Assembly (NCBI GenBank): GCA_032161105.1
Contig: JAVHTD010000020.1
Strand: one strand, 5' to 3'
DNA length: 44,755 bases
Source of the DNA: Candidatus Thermosaccharophagus tengchongensis
Lineage (GTDB): Bacteria > Armatimonadota > Fervidibacteria > Fervidibacterales > Thermosaccharophagaceae
Each line of letters begins with the position of its first letter. Within the stretch, counting starts at the first letter, position 1. The position numbers were made by a program, and so were the translations under genes. Below, piece by piece: positions 16,874 through 27,067 of the stretch. A model generated the notes under the pieces. The model searched no databases, had not been told where the DNA came from, and saw nothing but the letters and a program-made list of their open reading frames with translations.

Positions 16874-18885
16874 TCCTCAAATCTCGCCTTGGCTGACTCA
16901 ACAATGCTCCGCCACCATTCACCGTCGGTGTCAAGGACGAAGAGCCACCATGCACATGGACGAAAATCGCTATATGGCACCGCTGCAGTGAGGAGGGCAT
17001 CCCTCGCAAGCGGCAGGCGCAAGCCAAAGACCTTGAGATACAAATCATGCCTCATTGAGCGCAACTTGAGTGCCCTGTCAGAGTAGGCGAGTGCCTTTAA
17101 GCGGTGGACGGCGTCCTTCCTTCTGAGGCGCATTTCCCTCAGCTCTCCCTGCAACCTGCGCAGCGTATCCACGAGCCTATGATGCTCATCCTTCAAGCCT
17201 TTATGCTCATCAGGGTGAGGTGATGACTTGCACTTCAATGAGCTGCACTGCAATTGTAAATTCATCGCCAACTCAATCAGGTTGCGCTCTTCGTTTGCCA
17301 GCGACCTGCATTCTGCGATTAGCGATTCAATCTCCAGACCGAGCCTGTGCAGCTCATTTGAGACTGCCTCAAGCTGTTGCCTCAGGTGCTCAACATCACT
17401 GTCACTGGCGCTGCGTTTGAGCAATTCAAAGGTTGACTTCGGCGACGGCGAAGAGAGCATCCTCTCAATGGTTCTGCTGGCAAGCTCAACGGCACCCCTC
17501 CATGAATTCGCAAATTCCTCAGAGCTCACGACATCGCTCCCGATGAATTTAGCCAGATGCGATGGAAGCCTCAGGTTGAATTTCAGTTTGCGCATAGCAT
17601 CATAAGTTGAATAGCGAATTCTTAGAAGCGGCGATAGCTTGAGCCTTATACCAGCTTCGCGCAGTCTCGCTATAAAGCGCTTCGTGATATGCATGTATGC
17701 TGAACCAGTCTCGCTCAACACCATCACGCCCTCACTGCACAGCATGATCGGCGTCACAATGGCTTTTCCAACGAGGGCGCACCCTTTACCAAATGCCTCC
17801 TCAATGCACCTCGCCAGTGAGAGCCTGTTTGCTATTGGCTCGCACGCCCTCTTCTCAACCCTCTTACCATCAGCACCGACCAAAATGATGAGCCACCTTC
17901 CATCAACGCAGATTGTGCCTCTACCAAACTGGCTTGAGACGAGATCAAATGGGAGCGCGTGTTCATTGAACTCGCTCAACGAGTAGATCCCCGTATCTGC
18001 AACTGCTTCATCATATGCGGATGTCGCAAGCTTCCTTGTATCTGGCGAGAGGAAGACATCAAGCAACTTGAACCTATCAAGCCCACACGAGCTTAGGTTG
18101 AACCGAAAGAAGTTAAACGACCTCGTCACTGACAGACTCTTTGGAACTTCCCCGACGAACTTTGTTATGAGGCGCTTGTATAAGCAAGCATAGAAGTCGC
18201 TCAATGATGCTTTCAAACCGACTTCACCTGCGCACTCATCAATCAGCTTGAGCAAGTGCATCGCTGCGGTGCATTGAATACTTGATGGCTCATCAATCAT
18301 CTGAAGGGCATTTGTCACAGCCCAATCAATCAGTTCCCTCACTTTTGGGAGCACATCACTGAGGCAAACAAACGCGGCTACAGGACCGCACCTTGAGTTA
18401 TGAACTATAGCTCTCCATCCCCATGCCTCAGTCCACCTGTCAATAAAGCTGAGAGCATTTTCCCCTGAATGCCTTGCGAGCTCACTCATCGGTATGCCAC
18501 AGGATATGTAATCGGAGATGGTCGGTGCAGCCTCGCATCCGAATGGCAGTGCCGTTTCGCATGCTGCAGCCCAAACATTTGCGGTGCTGCCGTTGTTGCG
18601 CCTGATGATTGTGAAGTTACCGTCATGAGATAGCGCCAAGTGAGCTTTGCTGAAGTAGTCGGTGTCGTGCACGCCGAATATGAAAGGCATGCTGATGCCA
18701 TTCCGATTCATCTGTTCAATCACAACCGCTTTCATTGGCTCATCCCAACATACCGTTTGACCGAAGGAGAGGAGCTGTCCATATTTTGGCAAGTCGCCAA
18801 TTATTTGCGCCAACCTCGGCGCATCAGCCGAAGCCTTATCAGCTTCATGAAGCAATTTCCCGAGCTCCAAAATGCCGTTCGGCAT
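16867..18885 (-). CDS. Hypothetical 672-aa protein with C-terminal coiled coil
   Basis: Long ORF with GAGGTG RBS, alpha/beta N-terminal region and a heptad-rich helical region near the C-terminus. It overlaps the dapF start by 7 nt. Confidence 0.8.
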   Translation of the reverse strand: MPNGILELGKLLHEADKASADAPRLAQIIGDLPKYGQLLSFGQTVCWDEPMKAVVIEQMNRNGISMPFIFGVHDTDYFSKAHLALSHDGNFTIIRRNNGSTANVWAAACETALPFGCEAAPTISDYISCGIPMSELARHSGENALSFIDRWTEAWGWRAIVHNSRCGPVAAFVCLSDVLPKVRELIDWAVTNALQMIDEPSSIQCTAAMHLLKLIDECAGEVGLKASLSDFYACLYKRLITKFVGEVPKSLSVTRSFNFFRFNLSSCGLDRFKLLDVFLSPDTRKLATSAYDEAVADTGIYSLSEFNEHALPFDLVSSQFGRGTICVDGRWLIILVGADGKRVEKRACEPIANRLSLARCIEEAFGKGCALVGKAIVTPIMLCSEGVMVLSETGSAYMHITKRFIARLREAGIRLKLSPLLRIRYSTYDAMRKLKFNLRLPSHLAKFIGSDVVSSEEFANSWRGAVELASRTIERMLSSPSPKSTFELLKRSASDSDVEHLRQQLEAVSNELHRLGLEIESLIAECRSLANEERNLIELAMNLQLQCSSLKCKSSPHPDEHKGLKDEHHRLVDTLRRLQGELREMRLRRKDAVHRLKALAYSDRALKLRSMRHDLYLKVFGLRLPLARDALLTAAVPYSDFRPCAWWLFVLDTDGEWWRSIVESAKARFEEW

Positions 18886-18982
18886 TATCTCAACACCTCA
18901 TCCATACTCCGCCAGATTGGCAGTGTAGCGCAGCAGCTTATAACAGCCTTCAACGCAAGAGCGTGGCGGTGTGATGTGTAAC

Positions 18983-18991
18983 ATTATGCCA
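18983..18991 (-). promoter_or_regulatory. Possible extended -10 promoter for the 672-aa/dapF unit
   Basis: Minus strand reads TGgCATAAT about 100 nt upstream of the start. Confidence 0.3.
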
Positions 18992-19213
18992 AAGGTAAAA
19001 CAATGCTGCTGGTTATAACTCCTCAAATGCCCGTTGCCTGCTGGCTTCGCTTGCGCATTTCATCCGCGTATTGTGGTGAGACTACCTTGAGCATGCCCAT
19101 TTTGAATGGTCCTCAAGCGGCGCTCTTGTAATTGCCCACACTGCAAGAGTGCGTGCATAATACAACTTGTGATGCTTGCCGCGATACTTCACCATCATGC
19201 GGGGGTGAGTTCG

Positions 19214-20272
19214 GTGGATAAGATGAGATTCGGCATCATAGGGTGCGGTGAGATAGCCGTCAGGACTGCCGAAGCAATTTCAAGAGCTGAGTGCGCTACA
19301 GTGACAGCGACGATGGATGTAAATGAGAGCCTCGCCGAAGATCTGGCGAAAAGATATGGTGCGAAATACACAACCGACCTTGATGAGCTCCTCTCGTGGG
19401 AGGATGTTGATGCCGTTTACATCTCCACGCCGCACCACTTACATGCTCCTCAAACGATACGAAGCGCCGAGGCGAAGAAGCACATCGTTGTTGAGAAGCC
19501 GATGGCAATTAATGTGGCAGAGGCAAAGGAGATGATTGAAGCCTGCAAGCGCAACAATGTGGCGCTATCGGTATGCTTCCCGCTGCGCTACTTACCCTGC
19601 ATAAGGCAGGCTAAGGAACTCATCTCAAAGGGCGTCATCGGGAGAATCGCGGGAGTAAGCATAAAGGTGCTTGGAGACAAGCCAACCTCATATTGGACCG
19701 GTGGATACACCGGGAGGGCAAAGACCGATTGGAGGATGCACAAGGAGACTGCCGGTGGTGGCATACTCATCATGAACGCCATCCACAACATTGATTGGAT
19801 TCGCTACATAACTGGGCTTGAGGTTGAGCGTATCTATGCGGAGTATGGCACTCTCGCCACCGAGGGTGTTGAGGTTGAAGACATAGCATGCGCTGTTTTG
19901 CGCTATGCTAATGGTGCAGTTGGAATGATTGAGGCACTTTCATGTGCTGCTGGGTCATATGGACCTGCGCAGTGGAGCGGTGACAGGATCTACGGCACAC
20001 ATGGGACAATCGTGCTCACAGAGCCGCTGCGCCTTTACACTAAGCTTGATGGTTTCGGTTACCCATCAAATCAGTGGGTTGAAGTGCCACGCAAAGACAC
20101 GGAGCGTGATGAGCGTAAACTGTTCATTGACGATTTCGTGCGCTCTGTCTTAGATGGCAAAGAGCCACCAGTGAGCGCATACGATGGCTTGGTCAGCTTG
20201 GCAGTTGTTGAAGCTGCTTACATGTCGCTTGAGCGTGGCTCTCCAGTTGATGTGATGTCACTGGTTGAGTGA
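19214..20272 (+). CDS. Gfo/Idh/MocA family oxidoreductase
   Basis: FGIIGCGEIA, YISTPHHLH, VEKPMA, GGGILIMNAIHNID and VEDIA. Start is GTG 19214 or ATG 19223. Confidence 0.92.
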   Translation: MDKMRFGIIGCGEIAVRTAEAISRAECATVTATMDVNESLAEDLAKRYGAKYTTDLDELLSWEDVDAVYISTPHHLHAPQTIRSAEAKKHIVVEKPMAINVAEAKEMIEACKRNNVALSVCFPLRYLPCIRQAKELISKGVIGRIAGVSIKVLGDKPTSYWTGGYTGRAKTDWRMHKETAGGGILIMNAIHNIDWIRYITGLEVERIYAEYGTLATEGVEVEDIACAVLRYANGAVGMIEALSCAAGSYGPAQWSGDRIYGTHGTIVLTEPLRLYTKLDGFGYPSNQWVEVPRKDTERDERKLFIDDFVRSVLDGKEPPVSAYDGLVSLAVVEAAYMSLERGSPVDVMSLVE

Positions 20273-20360
20273 ACACCAAATAGCAGGTGACAAGCCGCAT
20301 AGTGTGAGTTGTGACGGGGTGACAGAATGGCGGAGAGAAGCTGTGAGTGGGAGGGGGAAG

Positions 20361-21041
20361 ATGGTGGATGGAATAGGGGTCGTTATACCAGCATACAATG
20401 AAGCCGGTCGGATTGAAGCCGTGCTTGACGCCGTCTTAAATTCAACCTCTGTCAACCAAGTCGTCGTAGTGGACGATGGTTCTGAGGATGGGACATATGA
20501 GGTCGTTGCCGAGTATGTCAAAAGTGGAGGCGTCATGCTCGTCAGGCTTCCTTCAAACAGAGGCAAGGCGATGGCGGCGTGGGTTGGAGTGCAATGCATT
20601 AAGCAACCGATCATCGTCATGCTTGATGCCGACCTCATCGGGCTATCACCTGAACATGTTGAAATGCTTGCGGAGCCAATAAGGCTTGGTGTGGCTGACA
20701 TGACAATAGGCGTCTTCCAAAGGGGTCGTTGGGCAACTGACTGGTCTCATCGGATTGCGCCGAACATCTCAGGTCAAAGGGGCTTGCGGAAGGAATTGTT
20801 CCTTAAGCTGCCATCGCCAAATGGGCTTGGTTACGGACTTGAGGCATTCCTCAACTGTTGGGCTAAAAGATGCGGCTGGCGTGTTAAGCATGTCGTCCTT
20901 GAGGGCGTTAGCCATGTCACTAAAGAGGAGAAACTCGGCATTGTCAGGGCACTCATTGCGCGCTCACGGATGTATTGGGAGATTGGAAGGGCGCTTTTGG
21001 ATTCATTTATGACCAACGGAGGCAACGAATGGGGAGACTGA
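20361..21041 (+). CDS. Glycosyltransferase family 2 (short, DPM/GPG-synthase-like)
   Basis: VIPAYNEA, VVDDGSED, NRGK, LDADL, ISGQRG and GYGLE. ATG 20361 follows GGAGGGG. Confidence 0.88.
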   Translation: MVDGIGVVIPAYNEAGRIEAVLDAVLNSTSVNQVVVVDDGSEDGTYEVVAEYVKSGGVMLVRLPSNRGKAMAAWVGVQCIKQPIIVMLDADLIGLSPEHVEMLAEPIRLGVADMTIGVFQRGRWATDWSHRIAPNISGQRGLRKELFLKLPSPNGLGYGLEAFLNCWAKRCGWRVKHVVLEGVSHVTKEEKLGIVRALIARSRMYWEIGRALLDSFMTNGGNEWGD

Positions 21042-21048
21042 CCACCAA

Positions 21049-22308
21049 ATGCATCGCGGCGGCGTTCTCAGGATGATCCTCAAACAGCCAATCCTGATTG
21101 TGCTCATTGCTGCAGCGCTCTTCACACAATGCGCATTTGCGTCGCTGATATGCATCCTGCCGCTTTATCTGGTTGAAGAAGCCAATGCACCAAAGGCGTT
21201 CACTGGGCTTGTCATCTCCGGGTTTGCGCTTGTTGAGACAACTTTGAAAACTTTCTCGGGAAGTCTCGGGGATAGGTATGGCAGGCTCAGAATAATTCAA
21301 GCCGGATTGCTGGTGACTATATGCACTGCCGCATCCATTTGCACCATGAGTGTGCTCAGGATGTGGATACCGTTCATCATCGTTCACCCAGTTGCCGGTG
21401 CTGGAGCCGCGATGATATGGACCTCGCTGACGGCTCTTCTACTTGACATTGCGCCATCTGAGAGCAAGGCAGCAACGCTTGGCATAGACAATTTGTGTTA
21501 CCTTACCGGCACCGTCGCCGGTGCTGCATATTCGTTTGCAGTGAGACATTATTTCAAAAGTTCAACAGCTGCTTTTGCAGGGGCGCTCCTCTCCTTCGTG
21601 TTTGCTCTCACGCTGCTATCGTGCACCAGTAGGCGAATAGCATCCGTGACAGGGCAAGCCGCAACGCGTCCGTTTAAAACCAAGGTGGCAATGATGGGGA
21701 GTTTCATGCAGCTGTGCCAGAACAAGCCGATGCTTTTGCTTGCGCTTATACTTGGGTTGGTGCAATTCGCTATTGCTGCCCAAGTGCCAGTCCTGCCGGT
21801 TTACGCCCATGTTGTGCTTAAGCTCACCGATGCCCAGATCAGCGCGAGCGTGTTGGTCATCGCTTTCGTGCTAAGCCTTTTTGCGATTCCGCTATCCCAC
21901 CTTGCGGACCTGCTCCCGAGACTATCCGTCATGCGCTTTGCGCTGTTAATCGGAGCGATTGGGTTCGCTGTGGCTCCAAAGCTTAAAGCGCTCCCACTCA
22001 TCATCCTGCTGGGGATGTTGATCGGGGCTGGATGGGTTATGGGCTTGCCGGCGGTGCTTGCAACTGTTGATGACATCGCCTCAAGCGGTGGGAGAGGGCT
22101 ATCAATCGGCTTCGCAACAACTGCACAGGGGATTGGATTCATATTCGGTCCACTGTTGGGTTCGCTTGTGATGTCGCAAATAGGGATGTCTGCACCATTT
22201 GTGCTCTCCGGTGCAGGCTTGCTTTTTGCGCTGTTGCTCTCAACGATGCTCAGAACCTGTCCATCCTGCGAGGGTGCAGCTTTGCGGGATAGTTCTCATG
22301 GAGTCTGA
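21049..22308 (+). CDS. MFS transporter
   Basis: About 12 hydrophobic helices, motif A GSLGDRYGR, and C-terminal GFIFGPLLG. Confidence 0.9.
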   Translation: MHRGGVLRMILKQPILIVLIAAALFTQCAFASLICILPLYLVEEANAPKAFTGLVISGFALVETTLKTFSGSLGDRYGRLRIIQAGLLVTICTAASICTMSVLRMWIPFIIVHPVAGAGAAMIWTSLTALLLDIAPSESKAATLGIDNLCYLTGTVAGAAYSFAVRHYFKSSTAAFAGALLSFVFALTLLSCTSRRIASVTGQAATRPFKTKVAMMGSFMQLCQNKPMLLLALILGLVQFAIAAQVPVLPVYAHVVLKLTDAQISASVLVIAFVLSLFAIPLSHLADLLPRLSVMRFALLIGAIGFAVAPKLKALPLIILLGMLIGAGWVMGLPAVLATVDDIASSGGRGLSIGFATTAQGIGFIFGPLLGSLVMSQIGMSAPFVLSGAGLLFALLLSTMLRTCPSCEGAALRDSSHGV

Positions 22309-22318
22309 AGCGGGAAAC

Positions 22319-23038
22319 TCACTTCACCCTTCCAAACCTATTCAGCGGTGAGATGCGAATTAAAAGTTTGCCGAGCAAGTGCTTGATTGGCACCGGTCCA
22401 AAATCACGGCTATCCTCGCTTAACAAACGGTTATCGCCGAGAAGGTAGACACACCCATCTGGGATGATTATCGCCTGAATGCCAATCGTGGCAACCCCAT
22501 CAACATAAGGTTCATCAAGCGGCTTACCCGAGATGTAGACTTTGCCTCTGTAGGAAGCAATAGATTCGCGCGGCAACCCAACAACACGCTTCACAATCAA
22601 CTCCTCTTTGTTCATCGGGTTTTGAAGCACAACTATATCGCCACGATTTGGCACCGAGTTGAAATATGCGCCCCTTAGGAAGAGGAGCCTCTCGCCACGC
22701 ATTATCGTTGGGGACATTGAGTCCGAAGTGACCTCAACAACGATGAGATAGCGAATGCGAATGAAAAGGATGCATGCCACTGCGATGACGAAAGCGCCAG
22801 CCATGAGCAAAGTTCTCAAGCGACCTTCTTGAGATTGACGACTCAAACATAGCCGGCGCAACCATTGTGAGCCGCATTGAGAGATATGCTTTTCAGCGCG
22901 CCAAAATTTGGTCTTCCGCCAGCTGCCCATTTGGTTCGGTGAAGCCCCTACCACATCGGCTGCCCACCCTGCCCATCTCGCCCATCGCTTGAAATTCGTT
23001 CGGAGCAAAGGCTGTGCACTCTGTCGCTTAACCGTCAT
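22319..23038 (-). CDS. lepB: Signal peptidase I
   Basis: Catalytic Ser in SDSMSPT and Lys in IVKRVVG, plus RGDIVV and LGDNRLLSEDSRDFG. Start overlaps the upstream stop (ATGA). Confidence 0.92.
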   Translation of the reverse strand: MTVKRQSAQPLLRTNFKRWARWAGWAADVVGASPNQMGSWRKTKFWRAEKHISQCGSQWLRRLCLSRQSQEGRLRTLLMAGAFVIAVACILFIRIRYLIVVEVTSDSMSPTIMRGERLLFLRGAYFNSVPNRGDIVVLQNPMNKEELIVKRVVGLPRESIASYRGKVYISGKPLDEPYVDGVATIGIQAIIIPDGCVYLLGDNRLLSEDSRDFGPVPIKHLLGKLLIRISPLNRFGRVK

Positions 23039-26010
23039 CTCACAAGCCTTATTCTGGCTCCGGATATGCCGAATGGAACAAAGCAGTATCGTTCGACGAA
23101 CTCGCCATCACCAAAGCTCCAAGGACCAACCATGAACAACTCCCCAGCCGGATGATGGTGTGGACCGAGAAGGTTGCGCAGGCTGTTGATGAGGGTTATG
23201 CTGATTTCGTTCATGCCGCGCCTGACAGCCCTTGTGATGTCCAGTTGGAGTGGGCGCCAAACAAGCGCCCCACACTTCGTGCCATTAACATTGACATCAG
23301 CGACGATGGCGTTAAGTTGGTCAAGCTCAAGCAATGCCTTGGCTGCATTAACACTCCTCAGTGATGGCAACTCAAACTGCTTGGACAGTGTCACCCTGCC
23401 GGCGTAGAATGGCAAACCGATTTGAACCAAGTCTGTCGCCTCAACCTCACCATCCGGGAGCGATGCGATGACGAACTTCGTTAAAGATTCATCGCACCTG
23501 ACTCCGAATGTGCCGACGATGTAACAGCTCTCAACCTCCATTGGCGGCTTATAATCCCATTGGCACTCAATGACATTCTCGCCGAGCTTCACCCTCCCAG
23601 TTATGTTGAGCATGCGGAATGCCCTATCAAGGTAGAAGCCCTCGTCTTGGCTGCTTATGTGCTCGCCATTCACAAAAATGCGCTGCAGGTGTGGTGTCTC
23701 AATCGCCAGCCATAGCGGTTTATCGCTCGGCGGGAGCTGCTCAACCTCAAACTTGTATCGGACGATGAGCTTACATGGCTCACCAGTTGATGTGAGAAGC
23801 CTGTTAAGCCGAATGACCGGCTGATTAAGCTGCCATTCACCGCCGTCTATCTGATAGTCACAGAGATCAAGCGTCAATGCATTCGGGTCGTGGACTTTCA
23901 GTTTGAACTTTTCGCCGAGCTCAACTATGTGCACAGTTTCATAGTCCAGTTTCGGCTCACCGACCTTCGGCTGTCTCTTCGGGTCAAGCACAAGCAGGTG
24001 CGATTGAGTCGGAGCAAACCGCAGCTTTGTGACCACACATTCATCCTCAACTGCGCATGGCTGCGCTTTTACCTCACCCGTATCGGCGTCCCAAAGTTGG
24101 AGCTGTCCAACACCGCTCACTTTAACAGTTGCATCAACGGCTTCTTCCCTGCTCGTGTTAGTGATGAAAAAGACACGCCTGCCATCTTCAAGCTGCCTCT
24201 CTTGGTAGATGAGTGATGGGATCTCATCACCGTTTGAGCACAGTGATATTGAGCGCCGAGCGACCCTTTCAAGCGCCCTTTTTAGTTTCTCCTTCTGGTG
24301 TGCTACAACCTTAGCATTGCGTTTCAGGAACTTCGTGACATCATCACATTCCTCACCGTCAATCATCGTCGGGAGGGGTTCAACGGCGATGATGCTTCCG
24401 CCTGAGCGGGCGAACTCCTCAAGCAATCGGAATGTCTCACTAAACATCGTCAAAGACGGCGGCACGATAATGAGCGGATACGAGCAGCTGCCAACAAAAA
24501 GCATTCCATCTTTGACGGATGCGTGCCGCCGCATGATCATCTCGTCGCCATAGTCGTAATCAATGTGCAGCTCAAGCAGCCACTTGCTCAGCTGTTCAAA
24601 TGCATTGCTTATGCGCATCGCCTCTTCCGTATGCTGTGGGTGATAGACACACCAAGCGCTTGAGATCGGATGAAGCAAAAGCAGGCTTGCTACATGCTTG
24701 CCCCTCGTGAGCATGTATGTGATGCGTGCGAACCTGTCGTTGACAAGGTGGAAGTAATCCCACCAAGGTTGATGGTCATTGAACGATGGCGGGAAGTCTC
24801 GCTTTCGGCAGCCCCTCAAGCTGTAGAGCACAAGGTGCTGGCAGACCAAGTCAACGCCCAAGGCGAATTGCCACTCGGCAATCCACCTCTGGTCTTCAAA
24901 GGACATGTTCCAACCGGAGCATCCAAACATCTCGGAAAGAACTCTCCTCCCACCAAACTGGTGCGCAACGCTGCTGACTTGCTTGACAAGCATTGTGCTC
25001 CCAAGCCTTCGGCATAGGTGGTCAATGCCCGGTATCTGCATGAATTCGTAGTGCGGCATGGCTGCGCCGATAACGCTTATCTGCGAGACCAAGTTGTCCT
25101 CGGCTAAGAAGTGACCTGTTAGGGCAAGACCGTGAACTTCGCACCACTCGTAAATGCGTTTTGTAAAGGCTTCAACGAACATCTCCGTTGCAGTTCGGAA
25201 GTAGTCGTGGCGCACTTTTCTCCAGTCACGCCCATTGATGCAGACTTCGTAGAAGATGGATGGCAGATGGTCAAGCAGGTTGTAACCTCGCCGCTCCTTA
25301 AAAACCCGCGGCAGTTCGTCAGTCCATGGCATCCTTCCGTAGTTTGGCTCATCTGTGAATATGCCCGGTATTGTCCGCTCCCATCCGAACTCTTTCCCGA
25401 ACCGCTCGTAATAGCGTTCGTATGTGCTCTCAATAAACGCCTCAACCACCTTCGGGTTGAGCAGGTCAACATAACCATCACGCTCGGCATAGAACTCAAA
25501 CACCGTCTTACCGCGATGTTCGCTCATGTTCAAGGCAATGCCTGTAACATCAACTGGGTCAATTATCGTTCGCCCCTTCTTGACACCGAGATAGTAGCGT
25601 AAGCTTCCGTCAGCTGGCACAAACTCACGCACATCCCAATGGATGTGCACCTCTCTATTGCGCAGGCTCTTTCGGTTATACTCACCGCCGCGCCCCGAAA
25701 CAAGTCCACCGGCAAACCCGCTTGGCCACTTGTCCTCGTCATACAACCACGCATACATGTTCATTTTCCTGCTCTCGTCAACGCATGCCTCAATGCACTT
25801 CATCCACTCCTCGCTCAGATATGGCGTCTCAAGACCGATGCGAGCGTGCATGAAGTGCCCACCTAATCCGCCCCTTTGCATTGCTCTTATTTGGCGGCGC
25901 AGCTCCTCTGTGTCAAGCTTGTCATTCCAAGACCAAAACGGGGCACCCCTGAAGGCACTGCCCTTTCCAACCTCACCAACGGAGCGAAACTGGCGCTCAA
26001 GCTCATCCAT
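23035..26010 (-). CDS. Glycoside hydrolase, GH106/alpha-L-rhamnosidase-like, with C-terminal sugar-binding domain
   Basis: PFWSWND, FMHARIGL, WLYDEDKWPSGFAGG, FTDEP, PGIDHL, SEMFG and NSLRNLLGPHH. No signal peptide. ATG 26010 follows GGAGGTG. Confidence 0.8.
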   Translation of the reverse strand: MDELERQFRSVGEVGKGSAFRGAPFWSWNDKLDTEELRRQIRAMQRGGLGGHFMHARIGLETPYLSEEWMKCIEACVDESRKMNMYAWLYDEDKWPSGFAGGLVSGRGGEYNRKSLRNREVHIHWDVREFVPADGSLRYYLGVKKGRTIIDPVDVTGIALNMSEHRGKTVFEFYAERDGYVDLLNPKVVEAFIESTYERYYERFGKEFGWERTIPGIFTDEPNYGRMPWTDELPRVFKERRGYNLLDHLPSIFYEVCINGRDWRKVRHDYFRTATEMFVEAFTKRIYEWCEVHGLALTGHFLAEDNLVSQISVIGAAMPHYEFMQIPGIDHLCRRLGSTMLVKQVSSVAHQFGGRRVLSEMFGCSGWNMSFEDQRWIAEWQFALGVDLVCQHLVLYSLRGCRKRDFPPSFNDHQPWWDYFHLVNDRFARITYMLTRGKHVASLLLLHPISSAWCVYHPQHTEEAMRISNAFEQLSKWLLELHIDYDYGDEMIMRRHASVKDGMLFVGSCSYPLIIVPPSLTMFSETFRLLEEFARSGGSIIAVEPLPTMIDGEECDDVTKFLKRNAKVVAHQKEKLKRALERVARRSISLCSNGDEIPSLIYQERQLEDGRRVFFITNTSREEAVDATVKVSGVGQLQLWDADTGEVKAQPCAVEDECVVTKLRFAPTQSHLLVLDPKRQPKVGEPKLDYETVHIVELGEKFKLKVHDPNALTLDLCDYQIDGGEWQLNQPVIRLNRLLTSTGEPCKLIVRYKFEVEQLPPSDKPLWLAIETPHLQRIFVNGEHISSQDEGFYLDRAFRMLNITGRVKLGENVIECQWDYKPPMEVESCYIVGTFGVRCDESLTKFVIASLPDGEVEATDLVQIGLPFYAGRVTLSKQFELPSLRSVNAAKALLELDQLNAIVADVNVNGTKCGALVWRPLQLDITRAVRRGMNEISITLINSLRNLLGPHHHPAGELFMVGPWSFGDGEFVERYCFVPFGISGARIRLVR

Positions 26011-26070
26011 CACACCCACCTCCCACATGCATTGAGGCTTCACATTGCAGCTTTTCCTTTACGCTTTTGC

Positions 26071-26099
26071 ATTATGCTGTCTCTAAGCGGGGATGTAAA
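26071..26099 (-). promoter_or_regulatory. Sigma-70-type promoter for the GH106-like/lepB unit
   Basis: Minus strand TTTACA-N17-CATAAT. Confidence 0.55.
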
Positions 26100-26254
26100 C
26101 CAAAAAGCTCCGCGCTTTTGAACGCAGCCCGCAAACCATAGCCGAATTTGCTCACTCTAATTCATCATGGCATAGTGTGAAGTGTAAGCGGGTATACCTG
26201 CGCATTGAAGTGTTGGGGCAAAAAGGGCGCAAGCGGTGAGCCAAGAACCGCACG

Positions 26255-27067
26255 GTGGTGAGAGGGCTTGTGGATATAAAGGGACTGCACACAACCCTTG
26301 AGAGGAGCAGCGGTGAATATAATCTGCTCGCGCAGCTTGATTTTGGGTGTGCGCTTTGGATTAACAGGCACTTCATTTCCATTGCATGTGTTGCCTTTAT
26401 CGGCGGGGCGCTAATGGGCATCGTGAATAACGGCTCATTTCACCACATGGTCTCTGAATTGAACGGTGATGCGATGAGCGCCCTAACGCTGCTTAGCAAA
26501 TCCGAGAGCTCCTTTAAGGCGCTTGATGAGGGAATTTTGTTTGCCCGCATAGCTGCACAGAATGTTCAAGCGAGCATTTACACCTTTATGCTCGGTATCT
26601 CCTTTGGTATCGGTTCGCTGATTATGCTTATCATTAACGGCGCAGTTGTAGGATGCATGTTGCTCATGCTGTTGAACTCATCGCCAAGTTATGTTGCTAT
26701 CGCGAGCGTTGCCGCGCATGCCCCGGTTGAACTTGCAGGGTTGTTGATGTGCGGTGCTGCGGGCTTGCGGCTCGGATGGGGGCTTGTGAGAGCAATAACA
26801 TCATCAAGCATTTGGCACTTGCATGTTGCAACCATTGAAGCGCTCAGCCTCGCTTTTGCCTCAGTGGCTATGCTCTTGGTGTCCTCGGCAATTGAAACTT
26901 TCGTATCCTTCTCACCCAACATTGCGCCGGCATGCAAGTTGGCTGTCGGTGTGGTCGCCATTTTGATGATGCTCATCTGCATATACATGTCACGATTGCA
27001 TTGGATGCATCACAGGGGAAAGCAGCATGCCACGAGGTGCGATGGAATTGAGACGAGCGCGAATTGA
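26255..27067 (+). CDS. SpoIIM/DUF95-family membrane protein
   Basis: Multiple TM segments with NGAVVG, HAPVELAGLLMCGAAGLRLG and IETFVS. Start uncertain. Confidence 0.78.
   Translation: MVRGLVDIKGLHTTLERSSGEYNLLAQLDFGCALWINRHFISIACVAFIGGALMGIVNNGSFHHMVSELNGDAMSALTLLSKSESSFKALDEGILFARIAAQNVQASIYTFMLGISFGIGSLIMLIINGAVVGCMLLMLLNSSPSYVAIASVAAHAPVELAGLLMCGAAGLRLGWGLVRAITSSSIWHLHVATIEALSLAFASVAMLLVSSAIETFVSFSPNIAPACKLAVGVVAILMMLICIYMSRLHWMHHRGKQHATRCDGIETSAN

Noticed and set aside
26177..26254. In-frame TGA (26237) read-through or pseudogene extension of the SpoIIM-like ORF
   Set aside because: The upstream 20 codons show no family similarity, there is no SD, and no SECIS-like hairpin is evident.
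26255..27067. Sporulation function for the SpoIIM-like gene
   Set aside because: This membrane family is common in non-sporulating bacteria and no other spo genes occur here.
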